Positions 19,341 to 27,733 of a stretch of DNA of 64,000 nucleotides are shown in pieces. The translations under genes were made by a program, and so were the position numbers. Source of the DNA: a virus (lineage: Duplodnaviria > Heunggongvirae > Uroviricota > Caudoviricetes). How positions within the stretch are numbered: position 1 is the stretch's first letter; each line of letters opens with the position of its first letter. The stretch lies in the IMG/VR virus record IMGVR_UViG_3300032167_005013. The stretch is one strand, 5' to 3'. The notes beneath the pieces were generated by a model. That model made no database searches. It had not been told where the DNA came from and saw nothing but the letters and a program-made list of their open reading frames with translations.

Positions 19341-19940
19341 CTATTTTACATCTTTATATAAATATGTAAATATTTCATAATCGTATATAAAATTTTTCAT
19401 AATTAATTTATTATTTCGTATTGGCTGCCCATCAAAATGACATTGTATAAAACAAACCCTAACGCCAAACGTAAATCTCCAATCATCAGGTAATTCTCCA
19501 CTGGTCCCACCATCAAACAGTCTTTTGGCATTTGTTTCATAATTATATATTCTTCTATGAGGTTTGATAACATAAATATCAACTGACTGTTCAATCTCAG
19601 CAAAATGAGGGTATAAGTTACCTCTTTCGTTTGGGTTATTATAGCCGCCTATTATTTCAATAGCAACATAAAAATTATTATCAATTAAATAATCATCAAT
19701 TGCATCGAAAGAAACTGTTACTACTAATATTCCACCACTATTAAATTGCGCTTCTACACTATATTTTGTTGTTTCATCAAAATGCCATCCCGCTTCCGGA
19801 TAATCAGGAGATACATAAAAAACTTCGTATTCATTAGGATTAACTTCACGTACACATACGCTTTCACCGTACCATTGTTGATTCCTTGCCTTGTCAACAA
19901 TATGGCTGTATCCATCGTATTTTCTTATATATTTTCCCAT
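19341..19940 (-). CDS. hypothetical protein
   Basis: ~200-aa ORF followed by a terminator. Confidence 0.7.
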   Translation of the reverse strand: MGKYIRKYDGYSHIVDKARNQQWYGESVCVREVNPNEYEVFYVSPDYPEAGWHFDETTKYSVEAQFNSGGILVVTVSFDAIDDYLIDNNFYVAIEIIGGYNNPNERGNLYPHFAEIEQSVDIYVIKPHRRIYNYETNAKRLFDGGTSGELPDDWRFTFGVRVCFIQCHFDGQPIRNNKLIMKNFIYDYEIFTYLYKDVK

Positions 19941-20011
19941 AACACAATTACACATGTTCTAATATTTAACATTAGAACATGTGTAAAACTACTAATATTT
20001 TTCAAAAAAAG

Positions 20012-21208
20012 TTATTCTACTCCAACGAGATACTTATAGACCTCAATTTCATGTGGGTCTCCCATTGCTTTCGTAGGCACATCGGATAACTTAACACAAT
20101 TATACACAGGCTGTCGAGGATTAACCTGAAACTTGGTAAGTTTGCAGACGATATTCATCGGTTTGATTCTGACACCACAATCAACATCATAAAGATTATT
20201 CGACAAATTGGTTCCAATTCCAAACGATACTTTTATCCTGTTTTCAAAATGTTTCTTCAATTCAGCACACTTCTCAAAAGTAAGGGCATCTGAAAAAACA
20301 ATTGTCTTGCTCATAGGGTCAATACCATATGATTCATATTTCTTGATTATCTTTTCACCGAACTCAATAGGGTCTCCCGAGTCATGACGCACTCCATCGA
20401 ACAACTTTGCGTTCTTCCTTGAAAACTGTCTCAAGAACTCGTCAACTGTATATGTATCAGTGAGGACTGTACCGAGATTACCGTCATATACCTTACTCCA
20501 ATTTTCCATCACAATATGATTTGCCTCCTTAGGCGAAGTTACTGCTGCAGTTGCCATAAACATTTCATGGGCCATTGTTCCCATAGGCTTCAAACCATAT
20601 TTCTTCGCAAAATAGACATTGGATGTTCCCACGCAATTAGCGCATTTTTTTGAAAGATACTCACACACAGCGTCTTGTACATCGAAAGAATAACGTCTGC
20701 GGGTTCCAAACTCCATGAATTTGAAATCTTCGGTCATTGCAATTTGACAGTTCTTTCTGAGAGGCTCATGAACCTGATAGTTAAAATCTCCCAAATTTAT
20801 TGCATAATATTTGTAATAGATTTCAGATACTGTTGCAAGAATAGGAATTTCATATAATGAAACTTTATATATCACATCAGTGACATTAATATGAAGATGC
20901 TGTTCCTCATCAAGCCATGCGTTAATCTTATTATGGTCAAAACGGAATGTCTTAAGCCATTCCCAGTAATGTCTTGGGATATATGGAATGTTTTCAATAC
21001 ACCACTCGCACTCTTCGTCAGTGAGGGCAAGGACATCAAGGTCCATAAATGCATTTTGTAGTGTAATCAGAAACATCTGATTAAATTTCATGCCATTTCG
21101 GTCCTTAAATGTAAATGTTCCTCTTGCTTCAGGATACATTTGCTGATAATAATAATTCATTGACAGTTTATATAAATCATTGTCCAGTATCGATTTAATT
21201 GTACTCAT
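20012..21208 (-). CDS. pncB: nicotinate phosphoribosyltransferase
   Basis: LDNDLYKLSM, EFGTRRR, GTSNV, GTMAHE, LTDTY, RHDSGDP, FSDAL, FGIGT, KLSD. Confidence 0.95.
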   Translation of the reverse strand: MSTIKSILDNDLYKLSMNYYYQQMYPEARGTFTFKDRNGMKFNQMFLITLQNAFMDLDVLALTDEECEWCIENIPYIPRHYWEWLKTFRFDHNKINAWLDEEQHLHINVTDVIYKVSLYEIPILATVSEIYYKYYAINLGDFNYQVHEPLRKNCQIAMTEDFKFMEFGTRRRYSFDVQDAVCEYLSKKCANCVGTSNVYFAKKYGLKPMGTMAHEMFMATAAVTSPKEANHIVMENWSKVYDGNLGTVLTDTYTVDEFLRQFSRKNAKLFDGVRHDSGDPIEFGEKIIKKYESYGIDPMSKTIVFSDALTFEKCAELKKHFENRIKVSFGIGTNLSNNLYDVDCGVRIKPMNIVCKLTKFQVNPRQPVYNCVKLSDVPTKAMGDPHEIEVYKYLVGVE

Positions 21209-21406
21209 AATATTTCGTTTTTAAAGTAAATCAAAAAAATTTTCGTCTATTATTCTTGATGAAGATAAGTGTAAGGTTCTACCTCTTCACTTTTTTTCTT
21301 AATATAATCTTTGCACCTATAAAATCTCAGGTGTTTCATGCAATACCCAACATAGGCGCATGTTTCGCACAGGGATATCTTTCCCTTTTTGTTTCTCCCG
21401 TATAAA

Positions 21407-21769
21407 CTATTGTCTTCCACTGGATGGTTCTATATAACAATTATAAAAAACATCAAATGATGTTGAATTAATTTTTGTCTTGCGTTTTCCCTTTTCGGGT
21501 TTGGTAACTTCATATTTCACATAAAGTTCTCCCTCCCCATTTTTTCTCAAATCAATGACTTTGGCAACAATGTTAGGAGATATCTCATTAAATGGATTAT
21601 CTTCATGAGGAAAACCTTTCGGTACAATTGTATATTCACTTCCAATGAAAATTGAATTCAACGCTTTTAAATAACGCCTTCGCTCTATATAATAACCAAT
21701 TGCACAGCCACCCAAAACTATCACCGCAAAACCTATCATCACAATAACACCAATTTCTTTATATCCCAT
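21407..21769 (-). CDS. hypothetical membrane-anchored protein
   Basis: N-terminal TM, NPF motif. Confidence 0.7.
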   Translation of the reverse strand: MGYKEIGVIVMIGFAVIVLGGCAIGYYIERRRYLKALNSIFIGSEYTIVPKGFPHEDNPFNEISPNIVAKVIDLRKNGEGELYVKYEVTKPEKGKRKTKINSTSFDVFYNCYIEPSSGRQ

Positions 21770-22250
21770 TGTTTATTTCCTCCTCTTGATGTTCAATTGA
21801 TTTGATTAGAGTCTGAACTCCATCAAGTACACAATCATCATAAGTTTCATAATACAATGCCGTGCGATGCTTCAAACCATCACTCATTGTAATATAATAC
21901 CATTCCCATTTCTTGTCTCCCAGAAAATCGACTTTCACAAATACCTTATGTTCATCAATGAGATATTTGAAAGCCTCCCACACTGTAGGGGCATAAACTT
22001 CTTCGCCAAGGCCATAGGGTCTGTCAAGTTTCATCGAGGTATCATATATGTCTTCCCATTGTAGTTTACCACCACCCCTAACGGTCAAGTCATAAAAACC
22101 ATCGTCGGTAAGTTCACCATATTTTTCAACGATGTCCTCCCTGATTGTGGTTCTTACAGCATAGCATAGTCCGCCCCAAAAAGATTTTGGTTTAAAACCG
22201 AGTTTTTGCATTGCCAATGCCGTGTCATAATCAACGTAAATTGTATCCAT
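21759..22250 (-). CDS. hypothetical phage protein
   Basis: YVDYDTALAMQKLGF...APT motif. Confidence 0.75.
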   Translation of the reverse strand: MDTIYVDYDTALAMQKLGFKPKSFWGGLCYAVRTTIREDIVEKYGELTDDGFYDLTVRGGGKLQWEDIYDTSMKLDRPYGLGEEVYAPTVWEAFKYLIDEHKVFVKVDFLGDKKWEWYYITMSDGLKHRTALYYETYDDCVLDGVQTLIKSIEHQEEEINNGI

Positions 22251-22274
22251 AATTCAAAATTTTTCTTATCTTAC

Positions 22275-22292
22275 TGCAAATACCGTGCCAAA
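22275..22292 (-). promoter_or_regulatory. sigma54-type -24/-12 box
   Basis: TTTGGCACGGTATTTGCA. Confidence 0.7.
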
Positions 22293-22301
22293 GTTCTTAT
22301 C

Positions 22302-22583
22302 TTAGAGATAAGATTCTAACGAACTTAAGATAATCGGGGCTTTATCACCCATATAAGGGCATGCACGAACAGTATTATAGTCAATAAATTCCTGAGCCTC
22401 CTCGTAATCCATTCCATCTTTCTCCATAAGATGCTCAATCATCATATTGTAATCATAGACGATTCTTTCGCTATTGATGTCCCAACCAACAATCGCTGAA
22501 TCATAATCAGGATTCTCAAAAACTACCGAGTCTTCCAACCCAAGTTCTACTAAAAGTTCTCTATTTGTCGTTTCCACTTTCAT
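22302..22583 (-). CDS. hypothetical phage protein
   Basis: YDSAIVG...EEAQEFIDYN...YMGDKAP motif. Confidence 0.75.
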   Translation of the reverse strand: MKVETTNRELLVELGLEDSVVFENPDYDSAIVGWDINSERIVYDYNMMIEHLMEKDGMDYEEAQEFIDYNTVRACPYMGDKAPIILSSLESYL

Positions 22584-23226
22584 TATTTTTTCTCCATTCG
22601 TTTATCATAAAATCAGTTTCTTCATTGATTTTTACCACAGTGTTTCCTTTGGATAGGAGGTGATTTCTATAACATTTAAGAAATTCTCTAAAATGATGGT
22701 CTTCCATCGGAAGAATCCTACACCAATCGTATAACAATTTCTTTTCAATAGATGTGTCAAACGTTGTATCAATTAACAATACCCCCCTTATTAACACCCC
22801 ATCAACAATTTTTTCTGAATACGTTACATAGCACCATAACGTATTGCGTTCTCCGCTTGCAATAATCCTGACAAATGGATTTCTGCTAAAGTCGAATGCC
22901 TTATTACCCTCTATATAATCGTCATAATTGATGGAACGATTCCTTAAGGTTGTTTCCATGGTATTTCTAAATACCGTATATTTAAAAACAGCATTTTTAA
23001 GACATTTTTTAAGTTCTTCTATATCTTTATAATGTATTCCAGTTGTGCAGTCGTATACCGTGCTCATTGTAATGTAATGAGTGATATGCTGAGGAAAAGT
23101 ATTGTTATTAACCAAATCCCATTTATATTTATACAGCCTACGTTCCCATGCCATAATACGGTCAATCAAAGCCTGCTTGTACTTTGCGACCCTCCCATAA
23201 TCCAACCTTTTTAAAAACTTTCTCAT
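22561..23226 (-). CDS. hypothetical protein
   Basis: ORF in operon. Confidence 0.65.
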   Translation of the reverse strand: MRKFLKRLDYGRVAKYKQALIDRIMAWERRLYKYKWDLVNNNTFPQHITHYITMSTVYDCTTGIHYKDIEELKKCLKNAVFKYTVFRNTMETTLRNRSINYDDYIEGNKAFDFSRNPFVRIIASGERNTLWCYVTYSEKIVDGVLIRGVLLIDTTFDTSIEKKLLYDWCRILPMEDHHFREFLKCYRNHLLSKGNTVVKINEETDFMINEWRKNNESGNDK

Positions 23227-23837
23227 AAAAAAAATTCTTTGATATAATCTTTTCCCAACCTTGTCATCTCCCATTTATTAGTCACATCGTTAACATAGAT
23301 AAAGCCAATTGATTCAAACTCGTCCACAATACTGCTGCCAATAACAGATTTTAAATCATTGACATCATCCGACTGCAGTCCCATAATATAAGATAATGCT
23401 TCCATTCTTATATTATTGTTTTCGTGAGATAATTCCAATTGATGCAATTGTGATGCTGTCAATGCCCCAAGTTTCACGAGTTCTTCAGCAATTTTAATCC
23501 AATCAACAACTTTATGCCCATAATAGTTTATTAATGGGCAACCTATATTAATATCATCAATGAAATAATCTGCGAGTTGTTTCGGCGAAGAAGATGGATG
23601 TATAGGGCTCTCATTATAACCGTCAATGGCAATTCCATTGTCAACACAAAAAGAACGTGCATTGTTCAACGCATTTTCCTCGAAAACCACATTATCCCCT
23701 CTGACTGTCCATAAAAAACAATGATGCCCATTTTCGTGAAGCATATTAATAACCTCTTTAGCATAAGGGACCAATTTGCCCGTATAGGGATATGCATGGG
23801 TGGATATTGTATTATCAAAATCTATTCCAAAAACCAT
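23223..23837 (-). CDS. HAD-superfamily phosphatase-like protein
   Basis: IDFDNT motif I, LWTVR, K..ADYFIDD. Confidence 0.8.
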   Translation of the reverse strand: MVFGIDFDNTISTHAYPYTGKLVPYAKEVINMLHENGHHCFLWTVRGDNVVFEENALNNARSFCVDNGIAIDGYNESPIHPSSSPKQLADYFIDDINIGCPLINYYGHKVVDWIKIAEELVKLGALTASQLHQLELSHENNNIRMEALSYIMGLQSDDVNDLKSVIGSSIVDEFESIGFIYVNDVTNKWEMTRLGKDYIKEFFL

Positions 23838-23929
23838 ATATTTTTCTTTGTTGCAAAGATAGGAATATTATTGGTAATAACCAAAAATATTCAGATAAAA
23901 TATCTATTTTTATACACACATAAAACAAT

Positions 23930-23963
23930 AAACGGGACCTGCTGTGAAGCACATCCCGTTTTT
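23930..23963 (-). terminator. repeated hairpin terminator closing the ncRNA unit
   Basis: aaacgggacctgctgtgaagcacatcccgttttt. Confidence 0.75.
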
Positions 23964-23971
23964 ATTATTTG

Positions 23972-24136
23972 TGAGCCATGAGGGGCTCGAACCCTCATCC
24001 CTTGCCCCCGGCAAGTGTTTTTTAATAGTGTTTCAGAAACGGCAAAACTCCATACCGAATTTCCGGACATTTCAATATTTGAAAACCATTCCCTCAGCAT
24101 ATGCTGATACCACCAACCAATTAAATCCAATGGCTC
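23972..24136 (-). ncRNA. 165-nt tRNA-like RNA with intact acceptor and T arms and a large internal insert
   Basis: GAGCCAT/ATGGCTC-A acceptor; GAGGG-TTCGAGC-CCCTC T arm; no canonical D or anticodon loop. Confidence 0.7.
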
Positions 24137-24148
24137 GAAGTTTTTTCG

Positions 24149-24229
24149 TGCGGATGAAGGGACTCGAACCCCCACGCCTTTCGGCAACAGGTTTTGAATC
24201 TGTCGTGGCTACCATTACACCACATCCGC
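24149..24229 (-). tRNA. tRNA-Leu(CAA), CCA not encoded
   Basis: GCGGATG/CATCCGC-A acceptor, TTCAAAA anticodon loop, long variable arm GCCGAAAGGC, TTCGAGT T loop. Confidence 0.9.
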
Positions 24230-24424
24230 ATAAAACTCCGATTAAAGCACCGCTCGGAGCAACACGTCCAACCAACGATTTGGCCAAGGGCTTGACTTAC
24301 ATGCACATAGATATGATGAACAGGGACTATAAGGGATTCTTACCATATAGTTTGAACATCCTATGACAAAGCCTTGTCGTTTCGTTTCCACCTTAACCGC
24401 GAATCCGGTGGACTAACTTTAGTC

Positions 24425-24748
24425 TTAAATATATGCCTCCCAATAGGTAACAACAAAATCAAGTGTGATTGAATCAACTTCCCCTTTTTCTGTTGTTATT
24501 CTTATTTTGAACGGACCGCAATGGGAATAGAAAGTATCTCCTTTATAATCTCCGAGTCTTCCTAACAACCCATATATCATATTTCTTGCGTCTTCTCTTA
24601 AATAGGTTTCATCAGGAATGCCCCTATTTTCAAGGTCACCTCCCATATAAACCTCCCAATTAAGAAGTTGCATTGTCTTCGCAACTTTATTGAAATCAAA
24701 ATTATCCATGATTTCATTAACAAGTTGCTGTGTTTTACTTATTTCCAT
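24425..24748 (-). CDS. hypothetical phage protein inside the ncRNA unit
   Basis: IMDNFDFNKVAKTMQLLNW motif. Confidence 0.75.
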   Translation of the reverse strand: MEISKTQQLVNEIMDNFDFNKVAKTMQLLNWEVYMGGDLENRGIPDETYLREDARNMIYGLLGRLGDYKGDTFYSHCGPFKIRITTEKGEVDSITLDFVVTYWEAYI

Positions 24749-24762
24749 ATTTTTTAAAATTG

Positions 24763-24880
24763 ATGTGATGGAGGGATTCGAACCCCCGGTCCCGGTTTAG
24801 CAAACAGTCTCAAACATTGCTGTTCATTTCCATAAGCAGGAAACTAAATTTACGGAGCATTACCACTTTGCTACATCACA
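24763..24880 (-). ncRNA. 118-nt tRNA-like RNA with a branched, enlarged anticodon arm
   Basis: TGTGATG/CATCACA acceptor, GCA-AAGTGGTAA-TGC D arm, GGGGG-TTCGAAT-CCCTC T arm; two hairpins replace the anticodon loop. Confidence 0.75.
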
Positions 24881-24893
24881 TGCCATAATTGAT

Positions 24894-25170
24894 AAAGGAT
24901 ATATGTGCTGTTACGCCAAAGCATTCTCGTATGTCCTACCGAAAATCGGGTTCATAACCCCGCCATACTGCCAACTGATGAGGAATAACGGTGGACTTTT
25001 ACCGAACCTCAAAAGGCAGACCAAACTCGAAGTTTGTCATGTTGTGGAATATTCCCTCACGGCACATCACCTACGGCTTTTCATCTCACGCAAGCATATC
25101 GCACTCACAGGGCACTTTCTGCGCACTCCTTAGAAAATGGCTGCTTCCAAGCCAATTTTTATATCCTTTT
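24894..25170 (-). ncRNA. structured RNA mimicking 23S rRNA H43/H44 (uL11-binding GTPase-associated centre) with ~200-nt insert
   Basis: TTGGCTTGGAAGCAGCCAT...TAAGGAG at the 5' end and GCGTAACAGCACA at the 3' end, closed by a 10-bp AAAGGATATA/TATATCCTTT helix. Confidence 0.75.
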
Positions 25171-25175
25171 CAAAT

Positions 25176-25209
25176 GCAAATATATTGATAATATATTGAA
25201 TTACCAAAT
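25176..25209 (-). promoter_or_regulatory. Bacteroidetes housekeeping promoter driving the ncRNA unit
   Basis: TTTG-N20-TATATTTGC ending a few nt before the RNA 5' end. Confidence 0.8.
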
Positions 25210-25354
25210 ATTATTTATCTAATAATAGATTTCAGATGGACAAAATCTCTGTTTTTCGTCCTGTTCTTTCCAAAATTCCTTTAATCGTTCTTCGTATTCC
25301 TTAACATCCCGGTTAAATGAGAGTGTCGGCCACTCAGGAACAAAATTTTCAAAA

Positions 25355-25795
25355 TCACTCATTGGTTACCTCCTCCTGTACTACATGTGGTTTGTTACAA
25401 TAAAAACGAACATTCTTAATGGCGGGATATACCCATTCAAAACGTTTATCCGTTTCAAGTTTCTTGATATCTTCTCTAATTTTATTAGTAAGATGCAATT
25501 CAACTGATTTAAATGTATTTATTTCATCATCTAACTCATATTCCTTCTCCCAATAAAATGAACAACTAACAAGATGAGACGTTTCTGAATTTGACGTAAT
25601 GCTACGTTCACTCATGATTTTATCATTCATCATTGTATATTGCGAAAGGACGCCAAGTTTTTCCCTGATTATCTGAAAACCGATATTAAAAAGATTAATA
25701 ATCTCATCAGTTGTAAGTCTTTCAGGGTCAGCAACAGTCACCACATCATCAACCTTAATGGTAACATGAATATTTGATTCAACTATATATCTCAT
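25355..25795 (-). CDS. hypothetical protein
   Basis: 146-aa ORF. Confidence 0.7.
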   Translation of the reverse strand: MRYIVESNIHVTIKVDDVVTVADPERLTTDEIINLFNIGFQIIREKLGVLSQYTMMNDKIMSERSITSNSETSHLVSCSFYWEKEYELDDEINTFKSVELHLTNKIREDIKKLETDKRFEWVYPAIKNVRFYCNKPHVVQEEVTNE

Positions 25796-25873
25796 ATCAT
25801 TTCTCTAAATGGTTCTATGTTTGAAACGAGTTCATCACCATTGTAATCGACGAATAAATACAATTTTTCCATA

Positions 25874-26071
25874 TCACCTCAAAAGGGCGCATACTCCCAA
25901 TATAAGTCCCACCAAAACCAAAATAGCAATTCCAAGACCAAGTGGTATCCAAAGAGGGGCTGTTACCCACCACCAAGACCATGTAATCACATTAGTCAAC
26001 TTAAGTACCAAGAATACAATAAAAAGTACCGACATCATCGGAAACGAAATTCTAATAGTATTTTCTGCCAT
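25874..26071 (-). CDS. small membrane protein (LKLT..ITWSWWWVTAPLWIP family)
   Basis: Characteristic Trp-rich phage membrane motif. Confidence 0.75.
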   Translation of the reverse strand: MAENTIRISFPMMSVLFIVFLVLKLTNVITWSWWWVTAPLWIPLGLGIAILVLVGLILGVCALLR

Positions 26072-26088
26072 ATCTTTTTTAAAGTTAT

Positions 26089-26892
26089 TTAATTATTTGT
26101 TCTTGTATGTGTTAAATCTATATCAGGAATATGAGTCTGAAGACATTCCCTAATCGCAGTCAACATCGCGTCATCATATGAATATGTACCTTCACCGAAT
26201 AAATCAATTGATTTCTTTGTTCCCTCTCTATAAATCTCATAATGACAATCATACTGAGCACCATCGAACCCATCAAAACGAGGAACAACATAAATATAGA
26301 GATGATAAATCTGTCTCAACCATTTATGAACCCAATCAACACTTCTACTTGGAGAAGAATACAGGCTTCCGTTAAACCTTTCACACCGTCTTAGGAGTTC
26401 CATCATATCCTTAGGAAGAGTTTGAACTTCAATATGTTGCTTGCTTCCACAGAAATACTCATATAATTCCTTCACATCAGCCTTATGGTATTTATAATCT
26501 GCACTATTCTTATCCTCATAGGAATATGAATAACTTCCCTCGGGGATATATCCTATTGATGGCCCAAGGTTAACTGTTTCATCAACCACAAAATACTGAT
26601 GGAAATCATTTTCATCATTAACAGCAACAACGGCTAAAAAATAAGCAAAATTGTCAAGACAATCAATACACCAACTCCGTAAACTATTATCTGATGAAGT
26701 AATGTACACAACACCATAACCATGCTCATCAAGCCCCGTAAATATATATTGAGTATCATCTGTATTAACCTCATTGTCTCCCGGACAATTATAACCTAAA
26801 ATTCTTAGGGAACTTAGTGCCTTTAATACAGTACTCTTCTTATCTGCCTTGAAAAAGGCCACATATTTTGGTTTTATTTGCCTATCACCCAT
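26089..26892 (-). CDS. hypothetical protein
   Basis: 267-aa ORF downstream of a promoter. Confidence 0.75.
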   Translation of the reverse strand: MGDRQIKPKYVAFFKADKKSTVLKALSSLRILGYNCPGDNEVNTDDTQYIFTGLDEHGYGVVYITSSDNSLRSWCIDCLDNFAYFLAVVAVNDENDFHQYFVVDETVNLGPSIGYIPEGSYSYSYEDKNSADYKYHKADVKELYEYFCGSKQHIEVQTLPKDMMELLRRCERFNGSLYSSPSRSVDWVHKWLRQIYHLYIYVVPRFDGFDGAQYDCHYEIYREGTKKSIDLFGEGTYSYDDAMLTAIRECLQTHIPDIDLTHTRTNN

Positions 26893-26912
26893 AAATTAAA
26901 TTCTTTTACGAA

Positions 26913-26946
26913 GCAAATATACAAATAATGTACCAAATTAACAAAA
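26913..26946 (-). promoter_or_regulatory. housekeeping promoter with degenerate nested sigma54-like box
   Basis: Homologous to 3276..3310. Confidence 0.6.
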
Positions 26947-27046
26947 AAATGTGAAAAATATTTTTAACAGAATTTGTCGTTTACCTATTTATAATTAAAA
27001 GTCAAGTATTTATATTAATAACGAAAAGTAAAAATATAAAATACAT

Positions 27047-27664
27047 ATGGCTACGAATAATAGTAATGCTATATACATGGCAAAAGAAATGCAAGATGGA
27101 GGAACATTTCTTTTTAGAGATACCATTCCTAAGATGTGCCCAACAAAAGCCCAAATTACTGTAGCGGCAAAAACCGGCTATACTTTAACAATTCCAACTT
27201 CATATCATGCAAAACAACTTGTACCATCCAAAGATTGGTCTATGACAAAAAACATTGGTAAACTTACAATAAATATTTCCCCAAGCCCTTATTTAAATGG
27301 CCAAGGTGACTCTTCATTATGGTTAGTGCATTTCGGTAGCAGACCACAATTTACTGATACAAAGATACATGAAAATGCCAGTTATCTTTATTGTCAAGCC
27401 GATGCTAATAATGGTGGTTTCAATAGTTCAACCACAAGCATAACAATGACTTTAATAACATATGAAACACCAACATGGCCAACAAGTGGAACTAATCTCG
27501 TATTTCTTTCTTATGTTTGTTACACCAACGATGGAGGAGCCGCGGTTCTAAATGGTTTTTATACATCTTCAGAAGCAAGTCAATTGAATTCAGGAACTAA
27601 TGTGACAGCGGGAACATGGTTTACCGTTACATATGTCTCAGCAGAAAATTGGCATGATTATTAG
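27047..27664 (+). CDS. S/T/N-rich protein, paralogue of 3414..4004
   Basis: Shared N-terminal motifs and homologous flanking DNA. Confidence 0.75.
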   Translation: MATNNSNAIYMAKEMQDGGTFLFRDTIPKMCPTKAQITVAAKTGYTLTIPTSYHAKQLVPSKDWSMTKNIGKLTINISPSPYLNGQGDSSLWLVHFGSRPQFTDTKIHENASYLYCQADANNGGFNSSTTSITMTLITYETPTWPTSGTNLVFLSYVCYTNDGGAAVLNGFYTSSEASQLNSGTNVTAGTWFTVTYVSAENWHDY

Positions 27665-27695
27665 ACACATTTACTTACTTATATACTTACACGAA

Positions 27696-27730
27696 AAAAC
27701 GGGATGTGCTTCACAGCAGGTCCCGTTTTA
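27696..27730. terminator. bidirectional terminator (repeat family, inverted copy)
   Basis: aaaacgggatgtgcttcacagcaggtcccgtttt between convergent genes. Confidence 0.8.
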
Positions 27731-27733
27731 TTT

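Noticed and set aside
23972-24136. tmRNA
   Set aside because: Too short, no G3-U70 alanine identity pair, no tag reading frame
24894-25170. Genuine 23S rRNA gene or host contamination
   Set aside because: Only the H43/H44 loops match; flanks and insert are unrelated, and the RNA has its own promoter and closing helix within phage context
23891-25222. ORF-track calls overlapping the RNA unit (23891, 23944, 24072, 24121, 24903, 24991, 25034)
   Set aside because: They overlap tRNA/ncRNA structures and have atypical composition; likely spurious
4051-27730. CRISPR repeats from the gggacctgctgtgaagcacatccc motif
   Set aside because: Copies are single, kilobases apart, flanked by A/T tracts at gene ends; they fit terminators
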